A stretch of 64,000 nucleotides of DNA from Patescibacteria group bacterium (GCA_038064895.1 JBBTSA010000002.1:8942-72941), one strand, 5' to 3'; counted from the stretch's first letter, positions 1 to 9,562 are shown. Program-made: numbers and translations. Notes: a model not told the origin generated them from the sequence alone.

Positions 1-475
1 TTCTTGAGGCTTCATAATAGAAAACATTTTGGTATTCACCTGCTGTTCCTCCAAGCTCAATAATAACAATATCTGCTTTTTTTACTCTGCCAACATTGTT
101 AATTCTATCTGTAATTTCATTTGTTAAATGTGGAATTGCTTCTACATCTTCACCATCATATTCAAACCTTCTTTCCCTATCAATTACAGTCTGATAAATT
201 TGACCCATGGTAACAAAATTATCCTTGCCCATATCCTCATTTAAAAACTTTTCATAGGTACCAATATCCATATCAGCTTCTGTTCCATCTTCACAAAGAA
301 ATGGATCACCATGCTCAATAGGATTAATTGTTCCTGCATCTAAATTAAGGTAATTTTCAAATTTTATAGGGGCAACTTTATATCCTGCGGATTTTAAAAG
401 GAAGCCAATAGAGGCAGCTGTTGTACCCTTTCCAATACCACTAATAACTCCACCACTAACAAAAATATATTTCAC
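1..475 (-). CDS. pyrG: CTP synthase, N-terminal part (runs off the window)
   Basis: Manual translation from GTG at 475 gives MKYIFVSGGVISGIGKGT...YLNLDAGTINPIEHG; Shine-Dalgarno AAGGAGG upstream. Confidence 0.95.
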   Translation of the reverse strand, partial: MKYIFVSGGVISGIGKGTTAASIGFLLKSAGYKVAPIKFENYLNLDAGTINPIEHGDPFLCEDGTEADMDIGTYEKFLNEDMGKDNFVTMGQIYQTVIDRERRFEYDGEDVEAIPHLTNEITDRINNVGRVKKADIVIIELGGTAGEYQNVFYYEASR

Positions 476-517
476 GTTTTTAATTCCTCCTTAGAAATAT
501 AACTTCTAAGAATTAAA

Positions 518-580
518 AAGGCAAGGTTCTGATGTACGAGCAGTATAATTTTACAAACTGCGAGAACATCAGGTCCTTAT
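518..580. repeat. ~63 bp hairpin element, copy 1 (copy 2 at 50984-51047)
   Basis: aaggcaaggttctga..gagcagta..actgcga..tca.ggtccttat is shared with 50984-51047. Confidence 0.75.
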
Positions 581-617
581 TTTATTTGGGGGACCTGCTC
601 TTTTGAACCCAGAGGAA

Positions 618-649
618 TCCTTCGACTCGCTTTGCTCGCTCAGGACAAG
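618..649. repeat. REP-like GA-mismatch palindrome (cttcgac...gctcagg family)
   Basis: tccttcgactcgctttgctcgctcaggacaag; related to 27573, 31072, 51705 and 61272. Confidence 0.7.
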
Positions 650-764
650 TTTTAGGGCCCTCATAATAATACTAAAACTATAGACACATTTCAAGTGGGC
701 ATTTTAAAATTCGTCGTTACCCACACCAGGTGTGTGCTAGGTAGACACATCGGGTTTTGCAGCC

Positions 765-1205
765 TTAGTTCTTAAGTTCTGATGCCAGTTTAAACCCTAA
801 TTTTGGATACCATTCATCAAAAGAAAATATGGCATCTGCTTTTAAGTTTTGGGCGCAAGCTGCAACAATTGCATCAAAAAAGGTGTTTTTCTTCGAATCA
901 GCCCTGTCAAAGTAGTAAGTTGCCCTTGCTAAAATTTCTTTATCCAGGTATTGCACGCTATATGCCCCCTTTTGTAGCTGGTGATTTATTTTGTGAGCTT
1001 TCTCTGTTTGATTAAGAGCCCTTTTTAAAAAAGTGCTGGCTTCAGGGAAAACAGTGACAGGAAAAACAACAATTAAACTCCTGCTCTCCAGTAATCTGCT
1101 TATTTCAACTGCCTTTTTGTGAAGTGGATCACCCTCCAAAGTCAATGCAACTAAAGCATCTGCATCCGCAACAACTAATCCACTCAACGTTTTTCTCCTC
1201 CCCAC
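765..1205 (-). CDS. PIN-domain (VapC-like) toxin
   Basis: VVADADAL..., TFFDAIVAA, IFSFD PIN motifs; overlaps an upstream RHH gene. Confidence 0.85.
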   Translation of the reverse strand: MGRRKTLSGLVVADADALVALTLEGDPLHKKAVEISRLLESRSLIVVFPVTVFPEASTFLKRALNQTEKAHKINHQLQKGAYSVQYLDKEILARATYYFDRADSKKNTFFDAIVAACAQNLKADAIFSFDEWYPKLGFKLASELKN

Positions 1206-1444
1206 ATATAATAGTCCATATTTTTAACAGCATCCTTTGGAACTTTCCCTTTAGTTGGAATTTTCTCCATCATTTTAGCTAAATCCAATAATGCCTTAGC
1301 AGAACTGGAGGCTGGATGGACAACTTCTAAACCCTCCTCCAGGGCATCTCTTATTATTTCGGATTGAGGCTTACTCTTAGCTTTGGCCGCAAGACTAATT
1401 CTCCTTCTTGTATCTTCAGGTATATAGACACTAATTCTTTGCAT
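1184..1444 (-). CDS. CopG/ribbon-helix-helix antitoxin
   Basis: MQRISVYIPE...SEIIRDAL is an RHH pattern; lies upstream of the PIN gene. Confidence 0.85.
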   Translation of the reverse strand: MQRISVYIPEDTRRRISLAAKAKSKPQSEIIRDALEEGLEVVHPASSSAKALLDLAKMMEKIPTKGKVPKDAVKNMDYYMWGGEKR

Positions 1445-1479
1445 ACTACCATTATATCATACGTATGACGTATGTCAAT
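1445..1479 (-). promoter_or_regulatory. sigma70 promoter with palindromic operator for the TA operon
   Basis: Minus strand reads TTGACA-17-TATAAT-6 nt-ATG, with the palindrome catacgtatg in the spacer. Confidence 0.8.
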
Positions 1480-1524
1480 TCTGAAAATTAGTTAACAGGT
1501 TTTAGGGTACAGGTTATAGAAGAA

Positions 1525-1791
1525 TCAGGTTAACTTTTTTCCAGTAACTTCCTCAACTTCCCTTTTTAATTTCTGCAAATTGTTAGCTGATTTCTTCCTG
1601 AAGTACATTTTCGCTAAAATCAGATAGCTCAAAATAACAACAGCATATAAACCAATGAATAGACCTATATTCATTCCTTCCTTAACTAGACCCATTTTTT
1701 GTATAATCCAAAACACTCCGTTGAGCATTAAGTACAGAGGGAAGGTTGCTATAAAACTATTCCTCAGTCCTTTCCAGAAACCCTTATTCAT
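1525..1791 (-). CDS. Small two-TM hypothetical protein
   Basis: Two hydrophobic segments and a basic C-tail; TATAGT 6 nt before the ATG. Confidence 0.6.
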   Translation of the reverse strand: MNKGFWKGLRNSFIATFPLYLMLNGVFWIIQKMGLVKEGMNIGLFIGLYAVVILSYLILAKMYFRKKSANNLQKLKREVEEVTGKKLT

Positions 1792-1826
1792 ACTTAAACT
1801 ATAACAAAACTCCTCTGGTATTACAT

Positions 1827-2180
1827 CTATCTCTTTAAAGAAGATATTAATGCATAAAGCATTTTTAGGATTTCTTCTAAAAGCAAAGCTGCTTTTTGAA
1901 TTTGGGTTTTTACATCTGGATAAAGTTTTTCAGCTAATATAAGTTGTGTTTCCAATTCGGCAGCTGATCCATTGGCAACTCTCAGGAATTGTATGTATTC
2001 TAGTTTATGTCCTCTTTTTGCTCCTTCAGCAATATTAGAAGGAATAGCGATTGCAGCTCTCTGCATTTGAGAAGATAAACCAAAAATTTCAGACTTGGGT
2101 AACTTATTAGTTATCTTGTATACCAGTTCCACAAGGTCCATTGATTTCTTCCATACCGTTAGATCTTTATGAGACTGCAT
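1827..2180 (-). CDS. Four-helix-bundle protein (23S rRNA IVP / bAvd-like family)
   Basis: SHKDLTVWKKSMDL...QMQRAAIAIPSNIAEG...GSAAELETQL family signature. Confidence 0.92.
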   Translation of the reverse strand: MQSHKDLTVWKKSMDLVELVYKITNKLPKSEIFGLSSQMQRAAIAIPSNIAEGAKRGHKLEYIQFLRVANGSAAELETQLILAEKLYPDVKTQIQKAALLLEEILKMLYALISSLKR

Positions 2181-2188
2181 TATGTCTT

Positions 2189-2258
2189 CACTGTACCCTG
2201 TAACCTGTTTACTGTCTACTGTGTTTTACTGTCCCCTGTAACCTGATCACTGTTAACT
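2189..2258. repeat. Period-7 repeat tract (NCTGTNN) spanning the topA 3' end and the spacer
   Basis: actgtac cctgtaa cctgttt actgtct ... actgtcc cctgtaa cctgatc actgtta; inverted partner at 1490-1520. Confidence 0.85.
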
Positions 2259-4216
2259 CCTTTAGGCTTGGTCCAGCTGGCATATTTACATCCCGGCCAG
2301 TTTTTGCAGCCATAAAATGTTTTGCCACGCCTTGTATGCCTAACTACTATATCCCCCCCATCATCTGAACATTTGGCATTTATAAGTTCCTCAATTGCCT
2401 CTGTATGCTTGCAATCAGGAAAGCCAGAACAAGCTAAGAATTTCCCAAATCTTCCAATCCTAACAATTAAATCTTTTCCACACTTAGGGCATTTTTTTCC
2501 TGAATATTCTACAGCCATCTTAACTTTTTCAGCAACTTTTTCAGTTTCATTAAGTTTCTTTTCAAATGGAGTGTAAAAATCCCTTATTGTTGACTTCCAA
2601 TCCCTTGCTCCATTTGCAATATCATCAAGCTCATCTTCCAAGCTTGCTGTAAATGTATAATCAATAATGTCTGGGAAGTATTTTAAAACAAAATCACAAA
2701 CAGCAAAGCCCAAAGTTGTAGGGATAAACTTTCTATCAGTCTTTTCAACATAAAATCTCTCCTGTATTGTGGAAATAATTGGAGCATAAGTTGAAGGTCT
2801 ACCTATTCCTAACTCTTCCAGCTTCTTAATTAAAGATGCCTCATTATATCTAGGTGGAGGTTCAGTGAAGTGTTGGGAAGGCAGAAGCTGAAGTAATTTC
2901 AAAACCTCATTCTCTGAAAGAGGTGGCAATACTTGTTTTTTCTCATTATCAGATTCATCTACATCTTTACCATACAGTTTAAGCCAGCCTTCAAACTTTA
3001 TAACCGATCCAGTTGCTCGAAGCAAATATTCATCAGCTTTCACATCAATTGTGGCCTGATCCATCACCGCCTCATTCATCTGGCAAGCCACAAACCTTTT
3101 CCAAATCAGATCATAAAGTCTGGCGTGATCCCTGTTTAACCCGCCTTGCTCTCTGATATCTGAAGACTGACGACTGATGACTGTTGGTCTAACCGCTTCA
3201 TGAGCCTCCTGAACATTTTTGGATCTGGATTTATAAAACTTAGGTGAAGCCGGAAGGTATGGCTTACCTATTGCATCAGCAATATATGCACGGACCATGC
3301 CTATTGCTTGCGGAGCTATATTAAATGAATCTGTTCTCATATAAGTTATTAATCCATGTTCATACAAGTTCTGTGCAAGCATCATGGTTTTTTTAGCTGT
3401 AAAATGCAGAACATTTGCACCAGCTTGTTGCATTGTTGAAGTTGTAAAAGGAGGGTATGGATATCTCCTAACCTCCTTTTGGGTAATTTTAGCCACAGCG
3501 TATTTCGCTTTTTCCAGATTTTTAACATGCTCATCAGCTTCTTTTTGATTTGTAACTACCAGTTTATTTCCTTCTTTTTCAATTACAACTGCTAAGAATT
3601 TCCCTTTTTCAGCCTCTAACTCAGCTTCAATATTCCAATATTCCTCTGCTTTAAAAGCTGAAACCTCTCTTTCCCTCTCAACAATTAGCCTTAAAGCTAC
3701 AGATTGTACTCTTCCTGCTGATAAACCTCTTTTTACTTTTTGCCAAAGTAGTGGGGACAATTTGTATCCAACAAGTCTATCTAGGACTCTTCTGGCTTGC
3801 TGTGCATCTACGAGTTTTAGGTTAATTTCTCTTGGGTTTTTAAAGGCTTCTTTTATAGCCTCTTCTGTTATTTCATGAAAAACAACTCTTTGAATTTCCG
3901 GACTTTTCCCTTTCCCCTTATCCCTTATCACTTGCCCTAGATGCCATGCTATTGCCTCCCCTTCCCTGTCAGGATCAGTTGCAAGCCACAAAGTTTTTGC
4001 TTCTTTTGCTATTTTTTTTAGTTGGTTTACATTTTTAACTTTATCTCTTGGAATTACATATTGAGGTTCAAAATCATGCTCCAAATCTATCCCAAAATCA
4101 GACTTTGGCAAATCCCTAACATGGCCCATCGAGGCCTCTATCTGATATTTATCCCCCAAAAACTTTGCAAGTGTTTTTGCTTTTGTTGGACTTTCCACCA
4201 CAACAAGATTTTGCAT
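2216..4216 (-). CDS. topA: DNA topoisomerase I
   Basis: VVVESPTKAK, ATDPDREGE, SAGRVQS, ITYMRTDS and C-terminal zinc ribbons. Confidence 0.98.
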   Translation of the reverse strand: MQNLVVVESPTKAKTLAKFLGDKYQIEASMGHVRDLPKSDFGIDLEHDFEPQYVIPRDKVKNVNQLKKIAKEAKTLWLATDPDREGEAIAWHLGQVIRDKGKGKSPEIQRVVFHEITEEAIKEAFKNPREINLKLVDAQQARRVLDRLVGYKLSPLLWQKVKRGLSAGRVQSVALRLIVEREREVSAFKAEEYWNIEAELEAEKGKFLAVVIEKEGNKLVVTNQKEADEHVKNLEKAKYAVAKITQKEVRRYPYPPFTTSTMQQAGANVLHFTAKKTMMLAQNLYEHGLITYMRTDSFNIAPQAIGMVRAYIADAIGKPYLPASPKFYKSRSKNVQEAHEAVRPTVISRQSSDIREQGGLNRDHARLYDLIWKRFVACQMNEAVMDQATIDVKADEYLLRATGSVIKFEGWLKLYGKDVDESDNEKKQVLPPLSENEVLKLLQLLPSQHFTEPPPRYNEASLIKKLEELGIGRPSTYAPIISTIQERFYVEKTDRKFIPTTLGFAVCDFVLKYFPDIIDYTFTASLEDELDDIANGARDWKSTIRDFYTPFEKKLNETEKVAEKVKMAVEYSGKKCPKCGKDLIVRIGRFGKFLACSGFPDCKHTEAIEELINAKCSDDGGDIVVRHTRRGKTFYGCKNWPGCKYASWTKPKGVNSDQVTGDSKTQ

Positions 4217-4276
4217 CTAAATCACCTTAATGGGATTTTACACTAGTTGTCAAGCATTAAACATGAAAAAATAAAT

Positions 4277-5358
4277 ATCTGGCAGAAGGTGGAATAAGCA
4301 GGCAAACTTTTACACAGGGTGGAATAAAATCGTTCTAAAGTTGTATAATCCTACCTATGATAGAACGTTTCTTGAGAAGAGTGCTGTTTATTAGGAGAAA
4401 TTCAGCCGAGCCTCCTCTTACTAAGAATTTAGTATTGCCTTCAGTTCCGACTCCAGCAGCACCATTTGCAGAGGACTCATCGAAACAATTTCCAGAAGTT
4501 GCAGATCGCGGTTTACGAAATATATTGGCAAACATGAATACCCGTTGTGAATTAGAAATCTATGATTGGCCTATCAGAATAAGAGAATTTTCTAGGGGAT
4601 TGGAACCGGGAGTTGCCTTGAAGCAAATAAAAGCAGAAGAAACTATCAGGTATTTCGCTTCTCACCATTTGGTTGAAACCAGTACGGCGCCTGTTTGGTA
4701 TAAAGGCCAACGAGCATATTGGTTTACAAATGACCAAGTGCTGGCAGCTACTGCGCTATATTACTTTCGGAGAATAGGATTGCCAATGGAAAGGGTGGCA
4801 GAAACAGCGAAGGAAGCCTTAGGTGCCGATCCGCTTGCTGCTCAGATTTATCCAGAAAGTAATGCTCCGATAGTTACTTTCCAGGAACCAGAAGCGCAGA
4901 AGACTGATCCGGACTTTCCTCACTTTATGAACGGTGCCAGGGAGGCATTTGGAAACGTAGAATCCTGGCCTTTATTCAGAAGAGAGCTTGCAATTATCAT
5001 TAGTCAGGTAAGCAGAAGTATGTACGATCGAAGAAGATTTATATTTAATAACCCTTTTGACGCTTTCCATATACATTATCAGCTTGAGCGTTATGCAAAA
5101 TTTGGAGTTATTGTTTTGTCAAAAGCAGAATACCCTGAATGGAAAGGTAGAGATGGAAAACCCCTCCAGGGAGATGTATTTGCTAAAGATGAGGTATTGG
5201 TATCCTGTGCCTTAATTTACTCCTGGTTGAGGATGAGAAATACAGTGCCCCTTGAGGGGATAATTTACAAGGCAAGAAAACTTTTGCAGGATGATCCTAT
5301 CGTACTTTTGATTCATGATCTTCAAAGAGAAAAGCAAATCTGGCAGAAGGTGGAATAA
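4277..5358 (+). repeat. Perfect 21 bp direct repeat (4277-4297 and 5338-5358) flanking an orphan gene
   Basis: atctggcagaaggtggaataa at both positions. Confidence 0.9.
4357..5358 (+). CDS. Hypothetical protein with an internally duplicated, possibly MerR-like HTH domain
   Basis: Two similar blocks, WP...RE...F...VL...AL.Y...A...L..DP; TATAAT 7 nt before the ATG. Confidence 0.6.
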   Translation: MIERFLRRVLFIRRNSAEPPLTKNLVLPSVPTPAAPFAEDSSKQFPEVADRGLRNILANMNTRCELEIYDWPIRIREFSRGLEPGVALKQIKAEETIRYFASHHLVETSTAPVWYKGQRAYWFTNDQVLAATALYYFRRIGLPMERVAETAKEALGADPLAAQIYPESNAPIVTFQEPEAQKTDPDFPHFMNGAREAFGNVESWPLFRRELAIIISQVSRSMYDRRRFIFNNPFDAFHIHYQLERYAKFGVIVLSKAEYPEWKGRDGKPLQGDVFAKDEVLVSCALIYSWLRMRNTVPLEGIIYKARKLLQDDPIVLLIHDLQREKQIWQKVE

Positions 5359-5477
5359 ATAACTACTCCTTAGTGTTGACATCCCACAATATCTTGTACA
5401 CTTCTGTCCTTGAGTTTTCTCCTTATGTAACAAGTCCGGAGAGGATGGCCAAAATGGGCGAGAAATTGGCCAAGAAG

Positions 5478-5726
5478 TTACTCAAAATCCGAATCCAAAA
5501 CCTCCGGATTTATTTTTTCAAGTTCTGCTTCTAGATCAGTAGAGGCATCAAACTGAAAAGTCTTTGGAGCAACTGGAGCAGGTGGAGTTGGATCCGGGAT
5601 TTGTTCACCCAAAGTCTGGGAAAATCCGGGCCCGGTTAATTTTTGTCCAAAACTGCTTCTGGAAACATACCAGATAAGGACAACTACAGACAAAAGCAGA
5701 ATTGTCATTATTATTTTCTTATTCAT
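5478..5726 (-). CDS. Small single-TM protein
   Basis: N-terminal TM, Pro-rich linker; coupled to the upstream gene. Confidence 0.65.
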   Translation of the reverse strand: MNKKIIMTILLLSVVVLIWYVSRSSFGQKLTGPGFSQTLGEQIPDPTPPAPVAPKTFQFDASTDLEAELEKINPEVLDSDFE

Positions 5727-6084
5727 TTAATGCCTTTTTTACTTCATTTTTTGCTCTAAGAACCTTTCCTGCTAAAGTATTTAATTGAGCTTTAAGAGTG
5801 GTTTGTGAGTCAGTCTTTTTAGACCTTTGAAATGCTATTGCTTCAGCTGCATATGTTATCCAATAATCAGCAGCCTCAATTTGGCTGTCCACTCCTCCAA
5901 AAGCAACCCTTGTTTCTGTTATCCCCTTTCTTTCCCTTAACTCCTCCATTATTGCTGCAAGTCTTGCAGCATCCTCCTCAAACCTGTTACAAACCTTTTG
6001 GTTTACCTCATCCAAAGAAGGGGCAGCAAAAGCTGTAAATGGTAAAAACAAAAATATAATCCCCACCAAAACCCGCTTTTTCAT
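5719..6084 (-). CDS. Secreted helical hypothetical protein
   Basis: Signal peptide MKKRVL...TAFA followed by a helical body. Confidence 0.7.
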   Translation of the reverse strand: MKKRVLVGIIFLFLPFTAFAAPSLDEVNQKVCNRFEEDAARLAAIMEELRERKGITETRVAFGGVDSQIEAADYWITYAAEAIAFQRSKKTDSQTTLKAQLNTLAGKVLRAKNEVKKALNE

Positions 6085-6114
6085 ATTTTTCTATCATACA
6101 CTATCTATCAGTAC

Positions 6115-6642
6115 TTGAAGAGTAACACAGGATCTGATATGCTAACGTTCCTTTTGGCTATTGAAATCTTACAAAAAGAAATGCGACAGCAGTTTCCATA
6201 TTGGGCCTGGTATGGAGAACCCCGCAGTGAGGATGCATCTACTTACCTTGAGAGGGCATGGGAATATGCTGAAGACGGAAATACCGGTAACATGGACGCT
6301 ATGGTTGCTATGGCACTAAGAACAAGTAATGCACCCTATCTGAATGCGGAGGAAATTAAGACAATGAGAGTTCACGGATACGGTATTTTTATACATAATA
6401 CATTAGGAATGCTTTTTGAGCTTGAGGATACATATGATGAAAGGTGTAATGACAAAGTGAATATTGTAGTAATGCTCCTTATAGATCCTAAGTCAGGCGG
6501 AACTACAGTAACACCGGAGGAGCGTGCTGAAACTATGGTAAATACTTCTAAACAATTTTCATTAGATCATCTTACTTTACTTAACCATCTTTATCCGCAA
6601 GTTGAAACAGCGGAACATAAATTAGACGAGCTGTTAAGCTAA
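6115..6642 (+). CDS. Hypothetical protein
   Basis: 175 aa ORF with no recognised motif; true start may be the ATG at 6139. Confidence 0.5.
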   Translation: MKSNTGSDMLTFLLAIEILQKEMRQQFPYWAWYGEPRSEDASTYLERAWEYAEDGNTGNMDAMVAMALRTSNAPYLNAEEIKTMRVHGYGIFIHNTLGMLFELEDTYDERCNDKVNIVVMLLIDPKSGGTTVTPEERAETMVNTSKQFSLDHLTLLNHLYPQVETAEHKLDELLS

Positions 6643-6688
6643 CAGCGGATGGCCAAAATGGCCCAAATTGGCCAAAACGGTGGGACGT

Positions 6689-9211
6689 TTACAGTAAATC
6701 AACCCCAGCCTTAAAAGTATTTCCTTTAACCAATTTATTTTCCAAAATTAGTCTGGATAAGTTTGCCTCCAAGCTGTCTTGAATTAGTCTTCTTAAAGGT
6801 CTTGCTCCCAGGACAGGATCAAAACCTCTTTTGGCAAGCTCTACCACCAAATAGGCATCAAATTCCAAAATATAGCCTTTTTCCTTCATCTGATTTTGTA
6901 AGGTAGTGAGTTTAATAGTAACAATTTTTTGCAGATCATCCTGTGACAGCAGTTTAAACAAAACCACATCATCAAATCTATTTATTAGCTCGGGCTTAAA
7001 AGTTCTCAAAAGCTCATCATTAACTTCTTTATCTATATCATCCATACTTTTTCCAGAACCCAAACCTTGTGCTATAAGCAATGATCCTGCATTTGATGTA
7101 GCAATAATTATGGTATTTGTAAAATCTACTGTTCGCCCCATTCCATCAGTTAACCTTCCGTCATCCAAAACCTGCAAAAATAAAGTTAAAATTTTAGGAT
7201 CTGCTTTTTCAAACTCATCCAAAAGAAGCAAACAATACGGATTATTCCTGATAGCTTCAGTGAGCTGTCCTCCTTCTCCGGAGGAACCTATCAGTCGATT
7301 TACCGATTCTGCCGACTGATATTCAGACATATCAAAACGGATGAAGGAACTTCCTGCTGACGCAGTAAATGCTCCTTCATTTTTGAAATATACCAAAGAT
7401 AATGTTTTAGCAAGTTCTGTTTTCCCTACCCCTGTTGGGCCAACAAATAAAAATGAGCCTATTGGTCTTGTTTCTTCCCGCATTCCTGTTGCAGATCTTC
7501 TTAAGCTGTCACAAACTGCTTTCACGGCTTGAGACTGGTCAATCAATTTCCTGTGTATTTCATCTTCCAAATTAAGAAGTTTTCCTTTATCCAACTCTCC
7601 TACCTCAATCACCGGGATTTTAGATCTTTGAGAAACAACTTCTCTGACAACTTTTTTTGTTACCCAGCTATCGACAGCTCTAGTTTGAGCTTCCTTTAAA
7701 ACAGAAATGGCGCAGTCCGGCAAAACCCGATCATGTATAAGTTTTGATGAAAGCTCTACTGCTTCTTTTAGGGCAAGATATGTAATTCTTACTTTATGCT
7801 TTCTCTCCAAAACTATGCTTCGGTCAATTAAAATTTTCAAGCTGTCCCCAAAAGATGCAGGAGGAAGCTCAACTTTTCTAAAAAGTCTTGCAAATGCTCC
7901 GTTTTTTTCTATAATTTTTGAATAATTTTCTGTTTCTGTTGTGCCAATGAATTGAAATGCGTCGGATTCCAAATACGGCTGCATTAGCGAATATAAATTA
8001 AATGTGGCTCCTGCTTCTCCTAATCCTAAATCCGCAATTTCCTCAACCACGACTATAACATTTTGAGCATATCCCACTTCTTCAAAAATATTTTTTATTC
8101 TCTCTGCAAGCTCTCCTTGGGTTTTAATGCCTGAAAGAAGCTTTGTTAAGTCTAAAAGTACTAATCTTTTGGTTGCCAGTGCGGAAGGAGCATCTCCTGC
8201 AACAACTTTTTTAGCAAGATTTCTAATCAAGGCGCTTTTGCCGGATCCGGCAGGTCCTACAATAATTACATTCCTCCCTGTTTCTTGAGACAGGATATTT
8301 ATAATCTCTTCAACTACCCCGCTTCCTCTGATAAAGTCCGCATACCCAACCCTTGCAGCCTCTCTTGTCAAATCCTCTCCTATTAAATCCAGGCTTGGTG
8401 TAGGAACGCCAAGCCAGCCTCTATTTACTCCTTTTAAATGATGGACGGCAAAATCATCGTCCCAAATATACACTCTTCTCCACTTATTTTTCTTTTGCTC
8501 CAAGTAAGATAAGACGCTATCAAAATCTTCCAATTTAAGGTCAAATTTTAGAAGAGTCTTGTCGATATCGGGTATTTCCCCAAGCGCTGCCACAAAGAAG
8601 TGAACGGAAGATAGATATTGACTTGAGCGTTGTTTTGCAAGCTCTAAAGCTTTGATACTTACTGCATCAACGTTTGCAATTTTAAAATCAGGGAAATGCT
8701 CCGGCTTAAGCTCTAAATTTATAAGAAGTGAGTTAACCTCCCCTGCTTTCAAAAGGGATAAAAAATCTAAATCTTTCTTTTTGATTAAAGAGGCTTCAAA
8801 TAAGTTTTCTTTAGATACTTGCCAAACCTTTTTATGGGGGTGTGTGAAAGTATGAATTAAAAAAAGTCCTACTCCGGTGAATGTAACCACCGCCCCAAAT
8901 CCGGGAAAACCCAGGATTGCAGCAGGAGGTAAGTAGAACCAATAAATTGCTATAATAGCTAAAACAGTGGTAGCCAAAACATAAGCAAATATCCCTATAA
9001 AAAGCCTTACTGTGCGGAAAAGAAAACTTAAAATTCTCCCGACGATTGTGGCATCATGAAAAAGCGGGACAAAAAGAAGTTTCCACATCAACCCTACTGC
9101 CAGATCCTCTTCCAAAAATAGAATCAAATTTTTCCAGGTTCTAAAAAAGACCTCAATTGACTCTATATACCAGAATTTAAACAGGTGTATTGGCAGTGTT
9201 ATATATTTCAT
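6689..9211 (-). CDS. ClpA/ClpB-family double AAA+ ATPase with N-terminal membrane segments
   Basis: GPAGSGKS and GPTGVGKT Walker A motifs, RFDMSEY, LLLDEFEKA, GARPLRR; hydrophobic N-terminus. Confidence 0.92.
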   Translation of the reverse strand: MKYITLPIHLFKFWYIESIEVFFRTWKNLILFLEEDLAVGLMWKLLFVPLFHDATIVGRILSFLFRTVRLFIGIFAYVLATTVLAIIAIYWFYLPPAAILGFPGFGAVVTFTGVGLFLIHTFTHPHKKVWQVSKENLFEASLIKKKDLDFLSLLKAGEVNSLLINLELKPEHFPDFKIANVDAVSIKALELAKQRSSQYLSSVHFFVAALGEIPDIDKTLLKFDLKLEDFDSVLSYLEQKKNKWRRVYIWDDDFAVHHLKGVNRGWLGVPTPSLDLIGEDLTREAARVGYADFIRGSGVVEEIINILSQETGRNVIIVGPAGSGKSALIRNLAKKVVAGDAPSALATKRLVLLDLTKLLSGIKTQGELAERIKNIFEEVGYAQNVIVVVEEIADLGLGEAGATFNLYSLMQPYLESDAFQFIGTTETENYSKIIEKNGAFARLFRKVELPPASFGDSLKILIDRSIVLERKHKVRITYLALKEAVELSSKLIHDRVLPDCAISVLKEAQTRAVDSWVTKKVVREVVSQRSKIPVIEVGELDKGKLLNLEDEIHRKLIDQSQAVKAVCDSLRRSATGMREETRPIGSFLFVGPTGVGKTELAKTLSLVYFKNEGAFTASAGSSFIRFDMSEYQSAESVNRLIGSSGEGGQLTEAIRNNPYCLLLLDEFEKADPKILTLFLQVLDDGRLTDGMGRTVDFTNTIIIATSNAGSLLIAQGLGSGKSMDDIDKEVNDELLRTFKPELINRFDDVVLFKLLSQDDLQKIVTIKLTTLQNQMKEKGYILEFDAYLVVELAKRGFDPVLGARPLRRLIQDSLEANLSRLILENKLVKGNTFKAGVDLL

Positions 9212-9546
9212 CTTGCGCGTATCAAGTTTCCCTCGGTATCAAGTTCCACAAAATGCCTTGCTCTACCCTCTATGTATGCGGGGCATTGGTTCTCCTGCAA
9301 ATCATCTGTCAAAATCCTGGGATTATGGACAATATCTAAAACCCAATCAGGCATTAAAGCATTGGATAAACAGGGGCCATTTGAAAAATCCATACCCTTG
9401 AGTCTAATTTCAGCATAAATATGCGTAGCTTTATTTATGGCAGAATCCAACTCCGAGCGTGAAGGACCGGTATCAGAAATAATAACCAGAAATGATGTAA
9501 AAATTATTACGGACAATGAAAGAGCAAGCAGTAACTCTTTTTGCAT
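9208..9546 (-). CDS. Small membrane-anchored protein with a Cys pair
   Basis: N-terminal TM; GPCL...WVLDIVHNPR...NQC; translationally coupled to the Clp ATPase. Confidence 0.7.
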   Translation of the reverse strand: MQKELLLALSLSVIIFTSFLVIISDTGPSRSELDSAINKATHIYAEIRLKGMDFSNGPCLSNALMPDWVLDIVHNPRILTDDLQENQCPAYIEGRARHFVELDTEGNLIRAR

Positions 9547-9562
9547 AAAAACATTATCTCAT

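Noticed and set aside
1827-2180. Diversity-generating retroelement (Avd-like gene)
   Set aside because: No reverse transcriptase, and no TR/VR pair differing only at adenines; the def and gene-end duplicates differ at all base types.
5363-5395. Possible relic of the dprA 3' end (..TKE*)
   Set aside because: Only about 12 bp of weak similarity; not distinguishable from chance.
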